64,000 bases of DNA from Dehalococcoidia bacterium (GCA_965206335.1 OZ242209.1:1716116-1780115), one strand, 5' to 3'. Positions 47,052 through 58,534 are shown, counted from the stretch's first letter. Program-made: numbers and translations. Notes: a model not told the origin generated them from the letters alone.

Positions 47052-48653
47052 ATGCCCATTACTGCTGCGCGATATTTTAAATTGTTTAAGTACCCTGTAT
47101 TTTTTATGTCTATAATTGCGTTTATGCTAATTTTCCTCGCTGCCTGTTCTTCCAACGAGGAAGCCGTTCCGGAAGTGACTGTGCCCGTAGAAGTAGGGGA
47201 TTTGGAGGTTTCGGTTACTTTCAGTGGACGGATAACATTCCCGGAGAGTGCACGTGAGGTATTTCTGGCAAACGGAACGGTGGGAGCAATTTTGGTGAAT
47301 GAAGGGGATCTAGTGGAAGTTGGGGATGCTCTCGCAAGGCTTAGCTCATCCGATATAGATGTTTCAGAAACCGAGATAGAATCTAATTTGGCGACGATTG
47401 ACAGTAGGAAAGCTGGAATAAGCACTGCTATGGCAAATATAAACACTCGTGAGGCGGGTATACAAGATGCGCAGTTGAATTTAGACCAAGCTAAGGAAGA
47501 GTTGGATTCTAGTATTAACGGTTCTATAGCGGATATGCGGGAAGATGCAAAGGATGTGTATATAGATGTGATAGAGAGATGGCTGGGTATAACACCCTCT
47601 TCCGAAGAGGCGGAAACCGATCCCGATATCCTGCTTGCCGCTTTGGGAATTGACTTGACGGCATTGTATGACGATCGCTTGACTCGGTCTTTGATAGATT
47701 CCAACGGTATAGATGATCCTTCTACTCGATGGAATGAGACTGTTGTATTGACATGGCGCACACTTTTTCCCGGTATCATAGAGTCAGAATGCGACGATGA
47801 GGACAGCGGACGAAATCAACTGGGAGCCCCTCGCTGTGTAAAGAATGAAATAGATGAAGCATGGGATGCTGTAAGGCCTATATTGGATTCTGTTGCCGAG
47901 CAGGAGATTCGTATAAGTGAGGCTGAAAACAATCTAACATCTGCCATGATAAACCTAGAAGCGGCAAGAATTGGTCTTAGAGCGGCAATGACGGAATTAT
48001 CCGTAGCTGAAAGGACTTTGGAAACTAGTCGAGATGAACTACAGGATACTACTTTGGTGGCAAGCAGCGCCGGACTACTGACCAACGTAAATATGGAGGT
48101 TGGTGATGAGGTGCCCGATGCCCAAATATTTATAGACATAGAAAATCAAGATATTGTGGAAATGGTGGGCAATCTCGCAGAATTGGACGTGAGCCTTGTA
48201 AAGAGTGGGGCAAGAGCCATAGTTACTATAAACGTGTTCGCAGACCGTCCTCTAGAAGGGGTTATTAAAAGGATAGGCGAACTTTCAGGGACTTTGTTTC
48301 AAGCCACCGTATCGCTACCTTCTATACCGGAGGACCTTCTCATAAGGCCGGGACTGAACGCCTCCGCTCGCATAGTAGCGGAGCAGTATACGGAAGTGCT
48401 GTTGATACCGGCGATAGCTGTAGAGGGAAATCGCATTAACCCGTTTGTCAATATAAAAATTTCTGAAGAGGAAACTGTACAGCGCAATATAAGAACCGGA
48501 GCATCAGATGGCGCCTCCGTAGTGGTGCTGGAAGGTTTATCGGAAGGTGAACTAGTGGTTATACCGCAAGCTACAGGCAGCGTAGCGCTACCGGATCCTG
48601 AACAAGCAATCATTATTGAGGAAGGTGAGGAAGGTGTAGGAGGAGGGCGGTGA
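47052..48653 (+). CDS. Efflux periplasmic adaptor (HlyD/MacA-like) lipoprotein
   Basis: It has the lipobox FLAAC, a biotinyl-lipoyl-like hairpin (GTVGAILVNEGDLVEVGDALARL) and a long coiled-coil middle. It lies upstream of a MacB-type ATPase and permease. Confidence 0.7.
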   Translation: MPITAARYFKLFKYPVFFMSIIAFMLIFLAACSSNEEAVPEVTVPVEVGDLEVSVTFSGRITFPESAREVFLANGTVGAILVNEGDLVEVGDALARLSSSDIDVSETEIESNLATIDSRKAGISTAMANINTREAGIQDAQLNLDQAKEELDSSINGSIADMREDAKDVYIDVIERWLGITPSSEEAETDPDILLAALGIDLTALYDDRLTRSLIDSNGIDDPSTRWNETVVLTWRTLFPGIIESECDDEDSGRNQLGAPRCVKNEIDEAWDAVRPILDSVAEQEIRISEAENNLTSAMINLEAARIGLRAAMTELSVAERTLETSRDELQDTTLVASSAGLLTNVNMEVGDEVPDAQIFIDIENQDIVEMVGNLAELDVSLVKSGARAIVTINVFADRPLEGVIKRIGELSGTLFQATVSLPSIPEDLLIRPGLNASARIVAEQYTEVLLIPAIAVEGNRINPFVNIKISEEETVQRNIRTGASDGASVVVLEGLSEGELVVIPQATGSVALPDPEQAIIIEEGEEGVGGGR

Positions 48654-48732
48654 TCTCGATATACAAAGCTATTCTCTCAATAGAGATGGAAATGGAAATC
48701 GACACAAAAAGGCTACAAGGTTATAGTGTATT

Positions 48733-49476
48733 ATGACGACGACTAATGGTGTACAAACCCCTGCAATTGAACTGGAAAACATAAAAAAGGTCTACAACAC
48801 GGGAAGGGTCAAATTTGAGGCGCTCAAAGGAGTGAACTTGAAGGTGTATCACGGAGAGACTGTGGCTGTCATGGGACCTTCGGGTTGCGGTAAGTCTACC
48901 TTGATGAATATAGTCGGTTGTCTGGATGTGCCCACGGGAGGCAGTTATTTTTTGGATGGAAAGGAAGTAAGCAAGCTGAAAGATGCACAATTATCCGCTG
49001 TGCGAGGACAAAATCTCGGGTTTGTATTCCAGTCTTATAATCTTCTATCACGGATCAGTGTGCAGTCAAACGTAGAATTAGCACTGCTCTACGGCGGAGG
49101 CGGAAACGTTAAAAAACGAGCTAGAGCCGTTTTGAAAATTGTCGGTTTGGAGGATAAAGTGAAAAGCCGCCCTCTAGAGCTTTCGGGTGGACAGCAACAA
49201 AGAGTAGGTATTGCCAGAGCACTGGTGAAGGATCCTACTATACTCCTTGCGGATGAACCGACAGGAAATTTGGATTCCCAGTCTAGCAAAGAGATTATAG
49301 GTATATTTCAGAGGCTGAATCAGGAGCACAATCTGACACTGATTATAGTAACGCACGAGCCGAATATTGCAGAACATATGAAACGAGTTGTACGTTTGAA
49401 TGACGGGTTGATTATAGGAGATGACCCCGTAGACTCTCCACGCGACGCAACCGAACATACGGAGGTGACCATTTGA
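48733..49476 (+). CDS. ABC transporter ATP-binding protein, MacB/LolD type
   Basis: Walker A is GPSGCGKST, the signature is LSGGQQQRV and Walker B is [11 protein letters not shown]. Confidence 0.9.
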   Translation: MTTTNGVQTPAIELENIKKVYNTGRVKFEALKGVNLKVYHGETVAVMGPSGCGKSTLMNIVGCLDVPTGGSYFLDGKEVSKLKDAQLSAVRGQNLGFVFQSYNLLSRISVQSNVELALLYGGGGNVKKRARAVLKIVGLEDKVKSRPLELSGGQQQRVGIARALVKDPTILLADEPTGNLDSQSSKEIIGIFQRLNQEHNLTLIIVTHEPNIAEHMKRVVRLNDGLIIGDDPVDSPRDATEHTEVTI

Positions 49477-50870
49477 ACCCCTTTGCCATAATTTTAACCT
49501 CATTTAGTGCTCTTAAAGAAAACAGGCTCAGAAGCGGGTTGACTTTGCTGGGCCTCATAATAGGAACAGGCTCAGTGGTGGCGATTCTCGCTTTTGGGCA
49601 ATCTGTACAGGACGGAATATTCGCAAATATCGCTCAATTCGGCGCAAACCTCATTTATGTCAGGTCTAACTCTAACCAGCTGGGAGAAACTGTCTTCTCG
49701 GCTGAGACAGGACAACTTAGGCAGCGCGGCGTTCTGACATTGGATGATGTAGACCAGTTGTCAGAATGGCCCAACGCACCATCAGTGGAACTGGTTGCCA
49801 CGAGCTCCGGAGGGTTCGGGGTAGTATGGGTTGTAGGAACTCGCGCTTCAATAAATCAGTCTGAATCCAGTGAAAGCCTTTTCAATTCCGGTCCCGGTCG
49901 TAGCGGTGGTGGTTTCAGTGTTGGCGGTGGGAATGATGGCTTTGTCGCCGATGATGTAACTAGCTTCTTCGCTTCGGTCTTTGCCGTTAATGAATCTTAC
50001 GCGGAAGCTTTTGGCTATGATGTGATAAGAGGCTCTTTCCTATCCTCTGTGCACGTGCAAAACAGAAGTATGGTAGTAGTACTTGGAGACAAAATTGCCC
50101 AAGATCTTTTCGGTAAACGCGACCCTGTGGGTTCAGTGGTGGCATTTGAGGGAAAACATCTCACCGTAATAGGCGTAATAGACGGAGATGAATTTTCACA
50201 GTCATCCACGTCAATATTCATCCCGATAACAACTAGGCTAATCCTTTTTGGAGAGGATCCAAGTTCTGTCAGGATAGCTTCCGGCGGACAAGTAGAAATA
50301 CCGGGTCCTCTTATAGCTCAAGCAACTCAGGAAACTTTAGGGCAAGCCGAACAGGAACTGCAGAATTACCTTCGTGTACGTTTCGGAGAGTTTGCACTTG
50401 AAGATTTCGAGATCGAAACACAAGAAGAACTGGTAAGGGAGATTCGGAATGCTACGGCAGTTTTCACTCTTTTCCTTGGATCTATAGCGGCTGTATCGTT
50501 GCTGGTTGGCGGTATAGGCATAATGAATACTATGCTTGTTTCCGTGTCCGAAAGAACGCGAGAGATAGGCCTGCGCCGCGCACTAGGAGCAAAAAAACTG
50601 CACATACTCATACAGTTCGTAATAGAAGCTGTGACTATAAGCTTGATAGGCGGTGTTGTGGGTGTGGTTTTCGGACAAGCGCTAGCTACAATTGGAGCCA
50701 GTGTAGAGGGGTTTGGTCCGCCGGGTGTAGATATACCCACTCCTCCAATACAGCTCAGCGTTGTGTTTCTGGCACTTGGCGTATCAGCGGGGATAGGATT
50801 GTTCTTTGGGATATATCCCGCTATAAGAGCAGCTTTCCTGCATCCGATAGATGCGCTAAGGCGTGAATAA
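49473..50870 (+). CDS. ABC transporter permease, MacB-periplasmic-domain + FtsX type
   Basis: It has an N-terminal TM helix, a large extracytoplasmic domain and a C-terminal FtsX-type bundle (GIMNTMLVSVSERTREIGLRRALGA). Confidence 0.85.
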   Translation: MNPFAIILTSFSALKENRLRSGLTLLGLIIGTGSVVAILAFGQSVQDGIFANIAQFGANLIYVRSNSNQLGETVFSAETGQLRQRGVLTLDDVDQLSEWPNAPSVELVATSSGGFGVVWVVGTRASINQSESSESLFNSGPGRSGGGFSVGGGNDGFVADDVTSFFASVFAVNESYAEAFGYDVIRGSFLSSVHVQNRSMVVVLGDKIAQDLFGKRDPVGSVVAFEGKHLTVIGVIDGDEFSQSSTSIFIPITTRLILFGEDPSSVRIASGGQVEIPGPLIAQATQETLGQAEQELQNYLRVRFGEFALEDFEIETQEELVREIRNATAVFTLFLGSIAAVSLLVGGIGIMNTMLVSVSERTREIGLRRALGAKKLHILIQFVIEAVTISLIGGVVGVVFGQALATIGASVEGFGPPGVDIPTPPIQLSVVFLALGVSAGIGLFFGIYPAIRAAFLHPIDALRRE

Positions 50871-50880
50871 AATACATTCG

Positions 50881-51576
50881 TTACCCGGGGGTATCCCCTA
50901 TCCACACGGATCCCCCTTTGAAATGTTCGCTCTTCCATATCGGGACTATCTGCTTCAGTCTATCCACAAAGTATAACGACGACTCAAAAGCCGCGCGCCT
51001 ATGCGGAGCGGCAACAGCCAATACCATGCTGATATCCCCTACTTCGACTCTTCCCGTTCGGTGGCCTACGGCAACGCGAAGATATCCCCATTTCATCTTC
51101 ATTTCCGAGACTATCTCGCGCATCTTGGATTCTGCCATGACTTTGTATGCTTCATATTCCAGAAAGAGAACTTTTCTCCCTTCGTTCTCCTCACGCGTAA
51201 CTCCGGTGAATGTAACTATGGCACCACAAGATGGCGCTATAACGGAGCGGGTATAAATTTCCGGTGTAAGCGGCTTGGAAGTGATTACAATGATAGATTC
51301 GTCCCCTCCGCTTACAGGTGGAATCAGCGCTAGTTCATCATTTTGCTGCAGGCGATAATCTTCCCTTGCATACTCATTGTTCACCGCTGTTGTAAACCTC
51401 ATATTTTCACTCAGGCGAACTTTCTTTGTTTCCATAAGCGCATCTAGTGCGTCTTTCACAGTTGCACCATCCTTCAAATGAAGGTGCAACGATGCAGTAC
51501 CCGCCTTTTCACGTAGCCCTGCGAATAGCCTAACTACTATGGATATTTCATAAGTGTTTTCTTCAGTATTTGTCAT
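50881..51576 (-). CDS. Molybdopterin synthase, fused MoaD-like and MoaE domains
   Basis: The N-terminal ~85 aa form a ThiS/MoaD fold ending in IPPVSGG. This is followed by a MoaE-like domain (CGAIVTFTGVTREENEGRKVLFLEYEAY ... VGDISMVLAVAAPHR). Confidence 0.8.
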   Translation of the reverse strand: MTNTEENTYEISIVVRLFAGLREKAGTASLHLHLKDGATVKDALDALMETKKVRLSENMRFTTAVNNEYAREDYRLQQNDELALIPPVSGGDESIIVITSKPLTPEIYTRSVIAPSCGAIVTFTGVTREENEGRKVLFLEYEAYKVMAESKMREIVSEMKMKWGYLRVAVGHRTGRVEVGDISMVLAVAAPHRRAAFESSLYFVDRLKQIVPIWKSEHFKGGSVWIGDTPG

Positions 51577-51643
51577 AAATTACATCTTTGGAACGCATTA
51601 ACCTATTCAACTATTCATAGCAGTTAGTTCGGATAAATGCTAC

Positions 51644-51702
51644 TCGGAGGTCTCCATTGTGTCATATAGATACTTATCACCGGAGATTAGCAAGACCTCC
51701 GA
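51644..51702. promoter_or_regulatory. 10-bp perfect inverted repeat (tcggaggtct / agacctccga) with a 39-nt spacer in a divergent intergenic region
   Basis: This is read directly from the sequence. It lies 67 nt upstream of the moaD/E start and ~210 nt upstream of rpsP. Confidence 0.5.
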
Positions 51703-51913
51703 ATTTCTAAAAGAAAGTAAGTTGCAGTTTCACTCAAAAGCAAATAGGCGATTTTTTTATATACTCATAATAAGTCTAATAGCATATATGCTTAGTCTGT
51801 TTGCCAAATGTACTCACTTTAACTCATATATTAGAGTATTTAAAGAGTATATAATTTGAGTTGTTGCAAATCATGGAACATGAAATAGTTCCAAGGAGTT
51901 AATTGTATTTCCT

Positions 51914-52180
51914 ATGGTAAGAATTAGGCTAAGGCGTATGGGCGCAAAAAAGAAACCTTTCTACAGGATTGTAGTCGCCGATCAAAAATCAGCCCGAAAT
52001 GGTGAGTTTATAGAGCAAATAGGCACGTATGATCCTCTAAAGGAGCCGTCCAAAGTAACAATTAGAGAGGAACGTGCGTTGTATTGGCTTCGGTGCGGTG
52101 CACAGCCGTCCGAAACTGTAGAGCGGCTTTTGAAAAACTTGAACATATTCGATAAGGTTAAGGTCAATGGAACAGAATAA
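51914..52180 (+). CDS. rpsP: 30S ribosomal protein S16
   Basis: [23 protein letters not shown] is a canonical S16 N-terminus. Confidence 0.95.
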   Translation: MVRIRLRRMGAKKKPFYRIVVADQKSARNGEFIEQIGTYDPLKEPSKVTIREERALYWLRCGAQPSETVERLLKNLNIFDKVKVNGTE

Positions 52181-52442
52181 AGATAATGAAATAGAAGAAA
52201 GCCCGTACCTCGCAATGAGGGAGATGGTTCAGTTTATTGCGAGGACTCTTGCTACTAAACCGGATGAAGTTTCCATTGAAGAGGAGATTTCAGATAGGCA
52301 AGTTATATTCCACCTTAGTCTGGCAGATGAAGATAAAGGCAGAGTTATAGGCAGAGACGGTCGTGTAGCGGAGGCACTGAGATCTATTTTGAAGGCCGCT
52401 TCCGTCAAATCCCACACAAGAGCGATTTTGGAGATCGAATAG
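52167..52442 (+). CDS. KH-domain RNA-binding protein (YlqC/UPF0109)
   Basis: It has the KH-like core [20 protein letters not shown] and the conserved position between rpsP and rimM. Confidence 0.8.
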   Translation: MEQNKDNEIEESPYLAMREMVQFIARTLATKPDEVSIEEEISDRQVIFHLSLADEDKGRVIGRDGRVAEALRSILKAASVKSHTRAILEIE

Positions 52443-52476
52443 CAAGGCTGTAAGAGTTTCCTCTTGGAATTAAGCG

Positions 52477-53034
52477 ATGGACAGGAACGATGTAGAAAGC
52501 ACATCAGACTTAGTGGCTATAGGTAAAGTCAATAAACCTGTCGGGCTTAGAGGTGAAATATCTGCAGGGTTATTTAGAGGGGCACCTGTGGAAATATCCG
52601 CCGATTTGTCCTTGTACATCAAAGGCGTGAGGGTAAAGGTGGATAATGTGAGGATAGGCAGCAAAGGGAAGATAATTCTGAAGTTAGACGGGGTAGTATC
52701 ACGAGAAGAGGCAGAACCGCTGAGAGGTGAAATACTAGAGGTCAACAAATATGATATCCCAACCAAATCCGATGGGACACTTTACCATTACCAACTAATG
52801 GGTATGAAGGTCATCGATCTCGATGGCGTATATATGGGAGTGATTACAGAGATAATTGAAACTGGTGCCAACGATGTTTATGTGATAACGAATCAAGAGG
52901 ATTCAACGACTATTTTGGCGCCGGCTATAGCCCAGACAGTGCATAGCTCAGATGAGATAAGAGGCGTTATTACAGTAGACCCTCAAGGATGCATAAAACA
53001 ACCGGTAGGGAAAGAAAAGAAGAAGGAGAAATGA
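52477..53034 (+). CDS. rimM: 16S rRNA processing protein RimM
   Basis: The N-terminus is VAIGKVNKPVGLRGEI and a C-terminal PRC barrel is present. The operon context fits. Confidence 0.85.
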   Translation: MDRNDVESTSDLVAIGKVNKPVGLRGEISAGLFRGAPVEISADLSLYIKGVRVKVDNVRIGSKGKIILKLDGVVSREEAEPLRGEILEVNKYDIPTKSDGTLYHYQLMGMKVIDLDGVYMGVITEIIETGANDVYVITNQEDSTTILAPAIAQTVHSSDEIRGVITVDPQGCIKQPVGKEKKKEK

Positions 53035-53035
53035 A

Positions 53036-53788
53036 TTGTCCGGCCATTCCAAGTGGAATACAATAAAACATAAAAAAGGTATTCAGGACCAAAGACGCGG
53101 AGTGCTGTTTACCAAACTTACACGGGAAATTATGGTGGCTGTCAGATCAGGAGACCCTGACCCTGAATTGAATTTTCGCCTGCGCTTAGCTACAGAAAAT
53201 GCCAAATCTCACAATATGCCAAAAGAAAACATAGAACGAGCCGTAACACGGGCAAAAGGAACATCCGATACAAACTCTTTCCAAGAGATTACATATGAAG
53301 CATACAGCCCCGGGGGCGCAGGTCTAATTATACAAGCACTGACGGATAATAAAAACCGCGCCGTAGCAGCTATAAGAACAAAGATAGTGAGAGCAGGCGG
53401 TTCTATGTCCTCGAACGGTTCTGTTTCATGGAATTTTACACCAAAAGGACGCATAACGGTAAATGCGGGTGAGCGAGATGAGGAAGAGGTAGCAATGGAT
53501 GTTGTAGAAGAAGGCGCAGAGGACGTGGATGTGAATGGCAAAGTTATAGAGGCAATCGTTAGCTATAACGAGTTTGCATCCATGAGAAAATCCATAGAAA
53601 ATATAGACGGTGTAAGTATAGAGCGAGCCGAGCTAACTATGGAACCAAACTCGCTTACTATGCTCAACCGAATTGATGCTAAGAATACCTTGAGGCTTTT
53701 AGATGAGCTGGAAGAGTTGGATGATGTGCAACGTGTGTTCTCTAACGCGGATTTCCCTGAAAATGTTCTTGTGGAGTACGCAGAATAG
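53036..53788 (+). CDS. YebC/PmpR-family transcriptional regulator
   Basis: It has the SGHSKWNTIKHKKG N-terminus and is 250 aa. It starts at TTG, one base after the rimM stop. Confidence 0.9.
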   Translation: MSGHSKWNTIKHKKGIQDQRRGVLFTKLTREIMVAVRSGDPDPELNFRLRLATENAKSHNMPKENIERAVTRAKGTSDTNSFQEITYEAYSPGGAGLIIQALTDNKNRAVAAIRTKIVRAGGSMSSNGSVSWNFTPKGRITVNAGERDEEEVAMDVVEEGAEDVDVNGKVIEAIVSYNEFASMRKSIENIDGVSIERAELTMEPNSLTMLNRIDAKNTLRLLDELEELDDVQRVFSNADFPENVLVEYAE

Positions 53789-53874
53789 AAGCCGAGATTT
53801 ATCCGTACTATGAGCGGATGAATTGCAGAGTATCTCTTTGATTTCAAAGTGTCGCCTGTTTCGGAGTAATCATA

Positions 53875-55947
53875 TCAGCGGCTATGATCCGGATATGACT
53901 TCGACTTCAGCACCTGTCGGAATTCTTCCACCTCTGTGATAGGAGCTTTGCAGGAATATCCGTAGCAGATATAGGCGGCAGGCTTGCCTTCAACTACTCC
54001 CCTATTATGTAAAAGTGGCCATCTCGTAGCGGATTCGGTTCCGTCTACCCACGCGAGAACTTGCCGCGGCGCCAAATTCTCACGTGCCGCAAGTATCAAG
54101 CGTTGGGTAATATCTGAATCCCACGGACCCGAGATAACTATTTCCCGAACAGGTCCCAACATAAAATCGGTTGCACTTAGCCAGTGGGTAGTGGCACCCG
54201 GTGCGCGTTCCATCCATGCCTTAACGCCTTTAACAACACTTTCGGCGGTTTCGGTAAATTCTGATATGCCGGTAAGATGTCCGAGCCGAAGCAAACTCAT
54301 CGCGGCTTCCGAAGCACCGCATGGCATGGCACCATCTTCAAAATTACCCGGTCTTACAATTAACGTGCTACTATCTACCCCTGCATCGTAAAAAATGCTC
54401 TTCTCGGGAGAGTAAAACAGCCTAAGCATATCATGTGCCAACCTTTCGGCAGATTCTAACCATCGGCGCTCAAAGGTAGCCTCCCAAAGCACAGTCAAAG
54501 CGTCTATCGAAAAGGCGTAATCCTCCAAAGCGGCGGCGTGTTTCATTCCATGCTTCTCCGTCCATGTCCGCATAAGTCTGCCGGAGTCATCTACAAGATT
54601 TGTCAGAAGAAATGAGGCGCACTTCCGGGCTTGTTCCACCCATTCCTTCTTTCCAAAACTTGCACCGCACTCTGCGAAAGCGGCAATCGCCATTCCATTC
54701 CATCCGGTTATAATCTTCTCATCTCTCGCGGGAGGCGTACGCTTTCTCCTCTCTACAAGAAGTTTTTCTTGTGCGTTCAGGATAGTTTCTCTTAGTTCGT
54801 CTTCCGTGGTTCCCCATTTACGGCTCATCTCAGCTAGAGAGTGCGGATGTTTGAGGACGCTCATGCCTTCAAAATCGCCTATATCGGTAACTTCCCACCA
54901 GTCTGAGGCGAGGCGCCCCGTATCCTCTCCCAATACAGTGTGCAGCATTTCCGGCGTCCATAAATAGAAGATACCCTCGCGTCCTTCAGAGTCTGCATCA
55001 CGCGAGGAGAAAAAACCTCCCCTACTATTAGATAAGTCAGCCTGTATATAGGAAAGTATACTTTCAGCCACCGAAGCAAAATAATCATTCCCGGTAGCTT
55101 GCCAAGCATGAAAATAGACTCTAGCTAGTAGAGCATTATCATACAGCATCTTCTCAAAATGTGGAACGAACCATTTTTCATCGGTCGAATATCGCGCAAA
55201 GCCGCCGCCTATCTGATCATGTATACCGCCTCGTGCCATTCTGTCTAAGGTTATAACTACGGCGTTCAATGATCTACTGTTGCCCGTCCTATGCCAGTGA
55301 CGTAGTAGAAACTCTAGCATAGCAGGTTGAGGAAATTTCGGCGCAGTTCCAAAGCCGCCGTTAACTTCATCCAATCCGCGTAGCAGAGACACTGCGGATG
55401 CATCAATCAAACCTTCCTCTACTTGGCCTATGACTCTTCTTTCATCCATGTGGGAAGCGATAACTTTGGTCAAAGATTCGGCATTCTTCATAGTGGCTGA
55501 TCTTTCATGCTGCCAAGCACCTTGCACAGAGTTCAAAACGCGCCGAAATGAAGGCATTCTACCCATGTCACGATTTGGGAAATAGGTACCGCCGTAGAAA
55601 GGGTTACCCTCCGGTGTCAAAAAAACCGTGAGCGGCCAGCCTCCATGACCGGTGAGAGCGACAACAGCAGACATGTAGATAGAATCTATATTCGGATGCT
55701 CCTCCCTATCCACTTTGACATTTACAAAATATTCATTCATTAGCGCCGCGGTTGCATCATCCTCAAAAGATTCATGCGCCATTACATGACACCAATGACA
55801 AGCGGAATAACCTATAGAAAGTAATATCGGTTTATCCTCTTTGCGAGCCTTTTCGAATATTTCATCTGTCCACGGCATCCAATCTACGGGATTGTCTTTG
55901 TGCTGCAAAAGATAAAGGCTACTCTCGTGTGCGAGTCTATTCGGCAT
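53875..55947 (-). CDS. Thioredoxin-domain protein of the YyaL/DUF255 type with an (alpha/alpha)6 domain
   Basis: The N-terminus is [24 protein letters not shown]...SACHWCHVM. The protein is ~690 aa. Confidence 0.85.
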   Translation of the reverse strand: MPNRLAHESSLYLLQHKDNPVDWMPWTDEIFEKARKEDKPILLSIGYSACHWCHVMAHESFEDDATAALMNEYFVNVKVDREEHPNIDSIYMSAVVALTGHGGWPLTVFLTPEGNPFYGGTYFPNRDMGRMPSFRRVLNSVQGAWQHERSATMKNAESLTKVIASHMDERRVIGQVEEGLIDASAVSLLRGLDEVNGGFGTAPKFPQPAMLEFLLRHWHRTGNSRSLNAVVITLDRMARGGIHDQIGGGFARYSTDEKWFVPHFEKMLYDNALLARVYFHAWQATGNDYFASVAESILSYIQADLSNSRGGFFSSRDADSEGREGIFYLWTPEMLHTVLGEDTGRLASDWWEVTDIGDFEGMSVLKHPHSLAEMSRKWGTTEDELRETILNAQEKLLVERRKRTPPARDEKIITGWNGMAIAAFAECGASFGKKEWVEQARKCASFLLTNLVDDSGRLMRTWTEKHGMKHAAALEDYAFSIDALTVLWEATFERRWLESAERLAHDMLRLFYSPEKSIFYDAGVDSSTLIVRPGNFEDGAMPCGASEAAMSLLRLGHLTGISEFTETAESVVKGVKAWMERAPGATTHWLSATDFMLGPVREIVISGPWDSDITQRLILAARENLAPRQVLAWVDGTESATRWPLLHNRGVVEGKPAAYICYGYSCKAPITEVEEFRQVLKSKSYPDHSR

Positions 55948-55962
55948 AGTAACATCTCCCGT

Positions 55963-57408
55963 TCAAAGCCCGGACAACTCCAAAGTGGTAACTTCCTTGC
56001 TATCCAAAGATAAAACTTTTATAGTGTGTGCGTTAGTATCCGCCACATAAAGACGCATAGGCGCAAACGCCAAGCCGGCAGGTTCACGAAATCCTTCCGC
56101 GAGAGTAATCACACGCAAAGATGATAAAGACATCTGCCTGATTTTATTGTTATAGGTATCCGCTATAAATATATAATCGCCCCCTGAGGTAATCCCTTGC
56201 GGGTGCTGCATAAGAGCGCTTTTACCTATTCCGTCACGGTCTCCGAAATCGAACAAACCCGTCCCTGAAAGTGTTACTACGTGTCCGTCTTTACCTTCCC
56301 TAGCCATGCGGACAGCGCTAGTCTCACTATCCGTAAAGAATACATTCCCGCGCAAAGCTGATATCCCCATAGGTTGAGCAAGGTGCGCATCCATGCGAAT
56401 GCCATCTTTTATAGCTTCCGTTCCCGTTCCCGCCCAAGGCTCTATAGTTCCGTTTTGCGGATCCAAGCGCCATAACTGATGAGCACCCGCCATGGCAATG
56501 AACACCGAACGGCTGGAGATCGAGAATGTTACATCATAAGGAGAGTTGAGGGGATGACGCAAAGCATCTCCTCCGCTGTGATGATACAAAGATTGTTCAC
56601 CGGTGCCCGCAATAGTGGACACTTTTCGTTCCTGCAGATCTACCTTTCGTATAGTATGTGAGCCCGCATCCGCCACAAAAAGTGTTTCGCCATCCACCGC
56701 CATTCCTTGGGGATCATCGAAACTGGCATCGGAGAAACTTCCGTCTAGAAGGCCGCGTTCGCCCGAACCTATCACCTCTTCTACATGTCCTTCTTCGTCT
56801 GCTATCAAAATGCGACTATGACCGGAATCGGATATGAAAAGACGTTTATTTGACCATTCCACTTTGCCGGGAAAATATAGTGAGCCGTATGAAGCACGAC
56901 GGATAGCACTCTCGAAAGGCAAAGGCCCTTCGGCCAGTAGATCTTCCGCTTCATACTCTGCCATCATCTGTCCAACAAGAGTGTCCATAGCATCAGGTTT
57001 GAACTCTCCCTCATGCCTTCCCACAACTTTGCCAAGAGGGTCTACGAAAATCAAAGTAGGCCATGCTCGTACAGCATAAGATTCCCAAATTTGCATGCGG
57101 GCATCATTCACCACAGGGTGAGTCACTCTATAGCGAGCCACGGCTTCCGCGATGTTTTCAGATGCCTTTTCCGCTTGAAATTTAGCGGCGTGCACTCCTA
57201 TGACCGCCAGTTTGGATTCATGCTTCAACTCCAAACGGGCAAGGTGCGGAAGTATATGCATACAGTTGATGCAACAAAACGTCCAGAAATCCAAAATAAT
57301 CAATCGCCCTCGTAGTTCGGTAATACTCACAGGCCGCTCGGTATTACTCCATTCCAACCCTCGAGGAAACTCCGGCGCATTTACTTTTCCGACAAAATTT
57401 TTCATCAT
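55963..57408 (-). CDS. Thioredoxin-like (redoxin) domain fused to NHL-repeat beta-propeller
   Basis: It has the motif FWTFCCINCMH (CxxC), followed by repeated NHL-like blades (P.G...DG..L.VAD..N..I). Confidence 0.8.
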   Translation of the reverse strand: MMKNFVGKVNAPEFPRGLEWSNTERPVSITELRGRLIILDFWTFCCINCMHILPHLARLELKHESKLAVIGVHAAKFQAEKASENIAEAVARYRVTHPVVNDARMQIWESYAVRAWPTLIFVDPLGKVVGRHEGEFKPDAMDTLVGQMMAEYEAEDLLAEGPLPFESAIRRASYGSLYFPGKVEWSNKRLFISDSGHSRILIADEEGHVEEVIGSGERGLLDGSFSDASFDDPQGMAVDGETLFVADAGSHTIRKVDLQERKVSTIAGTGEQSLYHHSGGDALRHPLNSPYDVTFSISSRSVFIAMAGAHQLWRLDPQNGTIEPWAGTGTEAIKDGIRMDAHLAQPMGISALRGNVFFTDSETSAVRMAREGKDGHVVTLSGTGLFDFGDRDGIGKSALMQHPQGITSGGDYIFIADTYNNKIRQMSLSSLRVITLAEGFREPAGLAFAPMRLYVADTNAHTIKVLSLDSKEVTTLELSGL

Positions 57409-57605
57409 TCAACCCTCAGAATTACAATATACAGACCTAACATAGAAAACGACTCTCTACAGATAAATAAAACAGATGCCCTACAAGAAATGTGGGAATT
57501 GTCAATATGCACTTAAAAGACTCTTGAGAATGTTTACCTAACATAAACTATAATACACAAGTAAACATATATATTAGGTATTCTCAAGTATGAAAGGAAT
57601 TCCGG

Positions 57606-58481
57606 ATGACATCAGAACGTGAAGAAAGAACAACCTGCGTGAACTGCAAAGCTGCTTTAGATTCTCCCGAAAGTTTATATTGCACCTCATGCGGTGCTCG
57701 TCAAAGCGAGGTTCCTGAAAGGACATCCGCCGCGGAAACTACAGCACACAGCGCTCCTGCTTCGGGTTCAAGGGCTGAATCCGAGCAATACGGAAGATAT
57801 AGTCCATTGGAAGAAGAATCTTCACGGAGTGCGGCGGGAGGGATGTTGCCAAATTCATGCCGCAGGTGCAACTCCGAGCTAGCGCCTAATGAAAATTACT
57901 GCACAACTTGCGGCTTGCCTGTAAGAGTAGCAGGTAGCGGAACAACCAATGTAGCAGCCAAGCCCTGTACGAGGGTTTTCGCCTTTGCACTAGATTTTAT
58001 TTTAGTTAACATAGTTTCTTTTATTATTACTATCGTGGTGTTATTAATTGTGTCTATAAACGAATTGATGAGGTCATTTAGAGAAAACACAGACTTTGTA
58101 AATTCCAGTGGACTTCCCGTAATTTTTTGGGTAACAGTGGCTATTACCATGCTTCTTCAAATAGCGTATTTTGGTATACTGAACGCTAAGAATCGTCAAA
58201 CTTTATTCAAAAAATTGCTTGGGATTCGTGCAGTGGGTATGCAAGGCGAAGGGTTGGAATACGGTAAATCTTTTACAAGAGCCTTCTTGACTTATATCGG
58301 CATACTGTTGTCCTCTCTTGGCTTTTATCTTGCCAATTTTGCTGAGGTACAGGTTGGTATATTCTTTGGGGTGGGCTTTCTGATATTGCTGGCGGATGCA
58401 CTCACAAGCGTATTCAGAGAAGATAGGTTCACACTGCATGATCTGGCGGCAAGCACACGAGTGATCAATACGCGGGCTTAG
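57606..58481 (+). CDS. Double zinc-ribbon / RDD-family membrane protein, paralogue 1
   Basis: It has two CxxC-N(10-11)-CxxCG ribbons (CVNCKA..CTSCGA; CRRCNS..CTTCGL). A polytopic RDD-type domain follows ([11 protein letters not shown] ... [12 protein letters not shown]). Confidence 0.7.
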   Translation: MTSEREERTTCVNCKAALDSPESLYCTSCGARQSEVPERTSAAETTAHSAPASGSRAESEQYGRYSPLEEESSRSAAGGMLPNSCRRCNSELAPNENYCTTCGLPVRVAGSGTTNVAAKPCTRVFAFALDFILVNIVSFIITIVVLLIVSINELMRSFRENTDFVNSSGLPVIFWVTVAITMLLQIAYFGILNAKNRQTLFKKLLGIRAVGMQGEGLEYGKSFTRAFLTYIGILLSSLGFYLANFAEVQVGIFFGVGFLILLADALTSVFREDRFTLHDLAASTRVINTRA

Positions 58482-58534
58482 TAATATGAACCGGTCTCAG
58501 ATTATACGGAATTTTTCTTCGCGGGAAACACCGT

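Noticed and set aside
47024-47779. 251-aa minus-strand ORF, and similar long antisense ORFs (e.g. 10033-10677, 5653-6294, 27666-28262, 28908-29438, 38408-38986, 50366-50938, 4855-5235, 32563-32979)
   Set aside because: Each lies entirely opposite a gene with clear family motifs. Their translations are low-complexity Ser/Arg/Ile-rich sequences without recognisable domains, so they are shadow ORFs.
51577-51720. Moco riboswitch upstream of the moaD/E fusion gene
   Set aside because: Only a generic long hairpin is visible. I cannot match the conserved Moco-motif elements from memory, and it needs an Infernal scan before any call.
52477-53788. rimM is followed by a YebC-family gene instead of trmD-rplS
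   Set aside because: This is only a synteny variation. trmD and rplS are probably elsewhere in the genome, so it is not evidence of anything unusual.
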